Of a DNA stretch of 20,000 nucleotides, positions 15,394-20,000 are shown piece after piece. The DNA is from an uncultured virus (IMG/VR IMGVR_UViG_3300020465_000007) (Duplodnaviria > Heunggongvirae > Uroviricota > Caudoviricetes): the IMG/VR virus record IMGVR_UViG_3300020465_000007; one strand, 5' to 3'. The notes beneath the pieces were generated by a model that saw nothing but the letters and a program-made list of their open reading frames with translations, searched no databases and was not told the DNA's origin. The position numbers and the translations under genes are program-made. Each line of letters opens with the position of its first letter. The stretch's first letter is position 1.

Positions 15394-16453
15394 ACAAAGG
15401 TATTTATCTATCCTTGAAGAGATAAAAAAATCAGGCGGCAAAATAGATAGTGGCAAACCAAATGACTCGGTTTTATTAATAGACGGGTTAAACACTTTTA
15501 TTAGAGTGTTTTCTGCAATACCAACTACCAATGAGGATGGTGTCCATGTTGGTGGAATAGTTGGTTTTTTAAGGTCATTAGGTCATGTCATAAGAATGGT
15601 AGGACCTACTAGAACCATCATAGTATTTGATGGTAAAGGTGGGTCCAACCGCCGTAGGAAAATCTTTCCCGATTACAAAAAAGGTAGAAAGATGTCAGTT
15701 CGGTTGAATAGAAGTATGGGTGTTTCACTTACAAGAGAAGATGAACATAAGATGATGATTCACCAGTTAAATAGAGTGGTTGAATATTTAGAATGTTTAC
15801 CAGTTACCGTAGTGAATATGTCTAATATAGAAGCCGATGATGTTATTGGATATTCTGCAAAGCATGTATTTACCGATTCACAAAATACTATATTATCAAC
15901 TGATAAAGATTTCTTACAATTGATAGATAAGAATATTAGAGTATATTCACCAACTAAAAAGAAGATGTATGATGAAGAAAAAGTCTTAGAGGATTATGGT
16001 ATAACTTCTAGAAACTTCTTACTATACAGAATTTTAGATGGAGATAAATCTGATGGTATACCTGGTATAAAAGGTGCTGGATTTAAAACATTGATAAAGA
16101 TGTTTCCTTTCTTTACTTCACCACATCAACACTCAATAGATGATTTGTTAAAAAGTGCGATGGTACAAAAAGATAAATTCAAATTATGTAATGAGATAGT
16201 CAATTCAAAAGAACAATTGGAATTAAATAAATTACTAATGGATTTAGATGATTTAAATATCTCTGGTAATTCTAAATTGAAAATACAAAATATAATGTCA
16301 CAACCTATACAGAGATTAATTAAACACAAATTCCAAAAGATGTTTTTGGAAGATAAATTATATACAGCCTTACCTAATTTGAATAGTTGGTTACACACCA
16401 CTTTCAATAGATTAAACAGGATGGCGGAGAACACACATGGGAAGAAAGCGTAA
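15386..16453 (+). CDS. 5'-3' exonuclease / flap endonuclease (T4 RNase H, Pol I N-terminal type)
   Basis: LLIDGLN, IVFDGKGG, RRKIFPDYK, IEADDVIG, STDKDFLQL, GDKSDGIPGIKG. Likely GTG start at 15386 with GAGGT RBS. Confidence 0.92.
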   Translation: MTKQRYLSILEEIKKSGGKIDSGKPNDSVLLIDGLNTFIRVFSAIPTTNEDGVHVGGIVGFLRSLGHVIRMVGPTRTIIVFDGKGGSNRRRKIFPDYKKGRKMSVRLNRSMGVSLTREDEHKMMIHQLNRVVEYLECLPVTVVNMSNIEADDVIGYSAKHVFTDSQNTILSTDKDFLQLIDKNIRVYSPTKKKMYDEEKVLEDYGITSRNFLLYRILDGDKSDGIPGIKGAGFKTLIKMFPFFTSPHQHSIDDLLKSAMVQKDKFKLCNEIVNSKEQLELNKLLMDLDDLNISGNSKLKIQNIMSQPIQRLIKHKFQKMFLEDKLYTALPNLNSWLHTTFNRLNRMAENTHGKKA

Positions 16454-16622
16454 ATATTTTACAGAAGAAGAAAAGAAAGCTGCACAGAGAAAGTGGCAGA
16501 TGGAACATTATAAAAGAAATGCTGAAGAGTTAAAGGCTAAAGCTAGGTTAAGATATCGTAATAAGAAAAAACAAGAATTTTATGACAAAAAAATGCAAGA
16601 TATATATGGAAACTTGGAATGA
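16437..16622 (+). CDS. Small basic helical hypothetical protein (61 aa)
   Basis: GGAGA RBS; overlaps both neighbours; K/R/E-rich (MGRKRKYFTEEEKKAAQRKW). Confidence 0.65.
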   Translation: MGRKRKYFTEEEKKAAQRKWQMEHYKRNAEELKAKARLRYRNKKKQEFYDKKMQDIYGNLE

Positions 16623-17710
16623 ATATAGATTATAATGTATTAACTAAATTTACAGATGTAGATGAGTTAGATGCCGCATATCATGAGGTAGTAAACAATA
16701 TACAAGAAACTGATATTGAATATGGTATTGATATTATTTTCCAATATTATCGCAAGCATGGATTTCCTTATGTGAGTATTAGAGAGGAAGAAAAATATGA
16801 ACACATGAGAAAGTTACAGAAGTTTGATATTGATACTATTTTTATGAATGATAAAATAATACAAACCATGCATGGATTAAGATTAGCATGGACATACTTT
16901 CCCCATTGGGTTGATGTTCAATGTGGTAACGCAAAATTAACACCTATGAGTGCATTTAAAAATGATGATAAATTTAGGTCGGTAATTAGAAAATGTTGGA
17001 AATGGTCTATAACTAATTATGGAGATAGTAGTAAAGAAAGAAATAAATTTCATGAAAATAGATTAAGACAATCATTAAAGATTTATACTGGTGTTCAAGC
17101 AGTAAGTAACTTTAGACCAACTGCAGCTAAAGTAATATATGAAAATTTTGGTGGAGATGGAACAATATGGGATATGTCTTGTGGATGGGGTGGCCGATTG
17201 TTAGGTTTTTTATCCGCTAAAAATACCAAACATTATATTGGTACTGAACCATCCACAAAGACATTTGATGGTTTGTTGAAAATGAAAAAAGATTTTGCTT
17301 ATTTGGAAAAACAAGTTGATATATATTGTAAAGGAAGTGAAGTATTCAAACCAAAAAAAGAATCACTCGATTTATGTTTTACTTCACCACCTTATTTTGA
17401 TACTGAAAAGTATTCAAATGAAGATACTCAAAGTTTTATTAAATATCCAACACAATCAAAATGGATTAATGGGTTTTTGAAAAAGACTATTACTAATTGT
17501 TATAATGGATTAAAAGAAAATGGTTATATGTTAATCAACATTGCAAATACACCAAAGTACAAATTCATAGAAAAAGAAACCGTGAGGATTTCAAATGACT
17601 TAGGGTTTAAACAAGAAGATACATTACAATTAACATTATCAAGTGTTATGGGAGCAGGATACAAGTATGAACCAATATTTGTTTTCAAAAAAGTTTGCGA
17701 AAGTTCTTGA
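16619..17710 (+). CDS. DNA amino-methyltransferase (N4-C or N6-A), SAM motif before catalytic motif
   Basis: SNFRPTAAK, IWDMSCGWGGRLLG (SAM-binding motif I), IGTEP, FTSPPYFDTEKYS (motif IV). Confidence 0.85.
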   Translation: MNIDYNVLTKFTDVDELDAAYHEVVNNIQETDIEYGIDIIFQYYRKHGFPYVSIREEEKYEHMRKLQKFDIDTIFMNDKIIQTMHGLRLAWTYFPHWVDVQCGNAKLTPMSAFKNDDKFRSVIRKCWKWSITNYGDSSKERNKFHENRLRQSLKIYTGVQAVSNFRPTAAKVIYENFGGDGTIWDMSCGWGGRLLGFLSAKNTKHYIGTEPSTKTFDGLLKMKKDFAYLEKQVDIYCKGSEVFKPKKESLDLCFTSPPYFDTEKYSNEDTQSFIKYPTQSKWINGFLKKTITNCYNGLKENGYMLINIANTPKYKFIEKETVRISNDLGFKQEDTLQLTLSSVMGAGYKYEPIFVFKKVCESS

Positions 17711-17736
17711 CTTTTATATATTTTTATGTGTATATT
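17707..17736 (+). promoter_or_regulatory. Sigma70-like promoter upstream of the putative endonuclease
   Basis: TTGACT (17707-17712), 18-nt spacer, TATATT (17731-17736). Confidence 0.5.
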
Positions 17737-17788
17737 CTCATATGAAAAATAACAAAAATACAAACCATTTAAGACAAGGAGTTAAATA

Positions 17789-18574
17789 ATGGATATAAAT
17801 GAATATAAAAAACCAATTCAATACTTAGATACTGATTTAGTAACTAAACCTTACCAAGATACAGTAGTTAAAAGTTTGTATTCTGATATAGAAAAATATT
17901 GGAATAAAATGGGTGTGACTATAGATGAAGTTGAAAGAAATATAAGAAAACAATGTGTTGAGTGGACTTTGACTGGTGATGTAAAAGGTAAATCACCAGA
18001 GTATGTCAGATTAATACAAAATACTATGAATGACAGTAATAGTTCTACATTAAGAGAACAGGTAACTATAGACCTGTTATCAGATTGGAGTGAGATTCCA
18101 GGAAAACATTTTTATGATTCATTTAAAGATGATGGTAGATTTGGAGAAGTAAAACCAGTAAATAGTGGAGATTTAAATGGTGGTGGTGGGATTACAGATT
18201 TTGCTTCACATAATAATATGGATAGATTGATAAAGGATAGACATTTATGGGAACAAAACAAATTAGATATGATTGTTAGTGGTTTTGTAACTGGTAGGAT
18301 ACAATATATTCTTGAGTTTCCATATTCTTATAAAGTTTGGTCAGAGGAACTAATCAAGTATAGTTTTGATAGGTTTGAAAAAGTTACAAAGAGACAATTA
18401 AAGAAAACAAGAACCTATGGTTTCACTTACAATTTATATAAAGAGTGTCCTGATGTAAAAGTTAGATGGATAAATCCAAATATAGATGACTATAGTGAAC
18501 GTTTTTCTCAACCATTCTTAAAATATTTAAAAAGTATCAATACATCAGACAACATACTTAAATTTGCTGTTTAA
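17789..18574 (+). CDS. Putative type II restriction endonuclease (PD-(D/E)xK)
   Basis: STLREQV...KHFYDSFKDDGRFGEVKP gives an E...D-x9-EVK arrangement. Flanked by two methyltransferases. AGGAG RBS. Confidence 0.55.
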   Translation: MDINEYKKPIQYLDTDLVTKPYQDTVVKSLYSDIEKYWNKMGVTIDEVERNIRKQCVEWTLTGDVKGKSPEYVRLIQNTMNDSNSSTLREQVTIDLLSDWSEIPGKHFYDSFKDDGRFGEVKPVNSGDLNGGGGITDFASHNNMDRLIKDRHLWEQNKLDMIVSGFVTGRIQYILEFPYSYKVWSEELIKYSFDRFEKVTKRQLKKTRTYGFTYNLYKECPDVKVRWINPNIDDYSERFSQPFLKYLKSINTSDNILKFAV

Positions 18575-18583
18575 AAGGAGAAA

Positions 18584-19426
18584 ATGAAAACTAATACTAT
18601 TTATAAAGGTGATATTCTTGAAACATTAAAGACATTTGAAGATGATAAAATTGATTTGATAGTTACATCACCACCCTATAATAAACAAGGTCAAGGTGGT
18701 CCTATTGTAAAAACTGTAAAGTACGATACATTTGATGATACTCTTCCCGAAAAGGAATATCAAGAACAACAGATTGATGTATTGAATGAACTTTATAGAG
18801 TTACTAAACCAGGTGGTTCTATATTTTATAACCATAGGTGTAGATGGGATAAGGGAGTTTTAATACATCCAATGGAATGGTTGTTGAAATCTAATTGGCA
18901 AATGAAACAAGAAATAGTTTGGGATAGGTACATCAGTGCACAACTTAGAGGTTGGAGATTTTGGCAAGTAGATGAAAGAATATATTGGTTATATAAACCA
19001 GATGGTAAAAATAAAGTTGGTAAAGAACTTAAATCTTCACACGCAAGGATGAGTTCAATTTGGAGATTCCCACCTGAAAGAAATAATCCACACCCAGCAC
19101 CATATCCATTAGTATTACCATTGAGAATTATACTATCTATGTTGGATAAGGAAAAGGGTGTAGTGTTAGATCCTTATATGGGAAGTGGAACAACAGCAGT
19201 TGCTGCTAAGTTGTTGAATAGTGATTATGTTGGTATTGATATTTCTCAAAAATATATAGATGATGCAAACCATAGAATTAAAAATTCTGAATTGGAGAGA
19301 GACATTTTAATAGAAGAAGAAAAACTTCATGTAATAAATAATCCATATAAAGATAGAAAAAGAAAACAATTAGAAAGACAAAAGGAAGAAACGGTTTATG
19401 ATGCAGAAAAATTTACAGAAGTATGA
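18584..19426 (+). CDS. Beta-class DNA methyltransferase (N4-C/N6-A)
   Basis: IYKGD, IDLIVTSPPYN (motif IV), QEIVWD, HPAPYP, VLDPYMGSGTTAVAA (motif I), YVGIDIS. Confidence 0.93.
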   Translation: MKTNTIYKGDILETLKTFEDDKIDLIVTSPPYNKQGQGGPIVKTVKYDTFDDTLPEKEYQEQQIDVLNELYRVTKPGGSIFYNHRCRWDKGVLIHPMEWLLKSNWQMKQEIVWDRYISAQLRGWRFWQVDERIYWLYKPDGKNKVGKELKSSHARMSSIWRFPPERNNPHPAPYPLVLPLRIILSMLDKEKGVVLDPYMGSGTTAVAAKLLNSDYVGIDISQKYIDDANHRIKNSELERDILIEEEKLHVINNPYKDRKRKQLERQKEETVYDAEKFTEV

Positions 19427-20000
19427 GTGAATCCTTAGTACAATATGGAACATCATTTCAAAGTAAATTAATAGTAAGTTTAATGATGGATGTAAAATAC
19501 ACCACAACCATTATTGATATATTAGATGTTAGTTATTTTGATTCTGATGCGAATAAGTTTTTAGTAAAGTCAATAAAAGAGTATTTTTTAAAGTATAAAT
19601 CACCACCAACTATTGAGGCATTGAAAGTAATGATAGATGAGGTACAGGCAGATGTATTGAAAACTGCAATAGTGGATTCATTACGACAAGTATGGACACA
19701 TAGAGAATCACCAGACTTAGAATTTGTTAAAGAGAAATCATTAGAGTTTTGTAAAAATCAAGTGATGAAAAATGCTATCATGCAATCAGTTGATTTATTA
19801 GAACAACAAAACTATGATGAGATAAAATCTATGATTGATGGTGCTATGAATGCTGGTGTGGAAAGAGATATAGGACATGAATACATTACAGGATTGGAAG
19901 AGAGATTATCCAAACAGACCAGAGTAACACAACCTACAAAATGGGATAGTGTGAATGAACTAATGGATGGTGGTTTGGCTGGTGGAGAACTCGGCGTGAT
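19423..20000 (+). CDS. Replicative DNA helicase, T4 gp41/DnaB-like (3' truncated; not in the ORF track)
   Basis: ATGA overlap at 19423 and open to the window end: MSESLVQYGTSFQSKLI...EFCKNQVMKNAIMQSVDLL...DIGHEYITGLEERL...PTKWDSVNELMDGGLAGGELGV, which leads into Walker A. Confidence 0.88.
   Translation, partial: MSESLVQYGTSFQSKLIVSLMMDVKYTTTIIDILDVSYFDSDANKFLVKSIKEYFLKYKSPPTIEALKVMIDEVQADVLKTAIVDSLRQVWTHRESPDLEFVKEKSLEFCKNQVMKNAIMQSVDLLEQQNYDEIKSMIDGAMNAGVERDIGHEYITGLEERLSKQTRVTQPTKWDSVNELMDGGLAGGELGV

Noticed and set aside
16437..16622. Homing endonuclease
   Set aside because: It resembles only the basic helical segments seen in some such proteins. There is no HNH, GIY-YIG or LAGLIDADG motif.
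110..17763. All minus-strand ORFs in the track, and the + strand ORF 17295-17480
   Set aside because: Short shadows overlapping longer, well-supported + strand genes, with no recognisable motifs.
1..20000. Stop-codon reassignment, as seen in some large phages
   Set aside because: Genes are intact under the standard code. TAA, TAG (thyX) and TGA all end genes at sensible positions.

Overview
AT-rich (roughly 30% GC by eye), gene-dense window with all genes on the + strand, from a large contractile-tailed dsDNA phage distantly related to T4-like viruses. Standard genetic code, with Shine-Dalgarno use. 1-7732 is the end of a tail/baseplate module: tape measure C-terminus, a repeat-bearing tube-initiator-like protein, a LysM/gpX-like wedge protein and a hub-like protein. 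7785-12773 is a translationally coupled block: thyX, a miniature thumb-less family-A polymerase homologue with an altered steric gate, an 868-aa protein with a possible nuclease motif, and a 137-aa hypothetical. 12777-13375 is a self-contained cassette encoding a secreted TonB C-terminal domain, flanked by two related, mutually complementary hairpin elements. 13490-20000 is a replication/recombination module: Zn-less gp32-like SSB, RecA/UvsX, a 5'-3' exonuclease and the 5' part of a gp41/DnaB helicase, interrupted by two DNA methyltransferases and a putative restriction endonuclease. All calls come from motif recognition by eye; no database searches were run.
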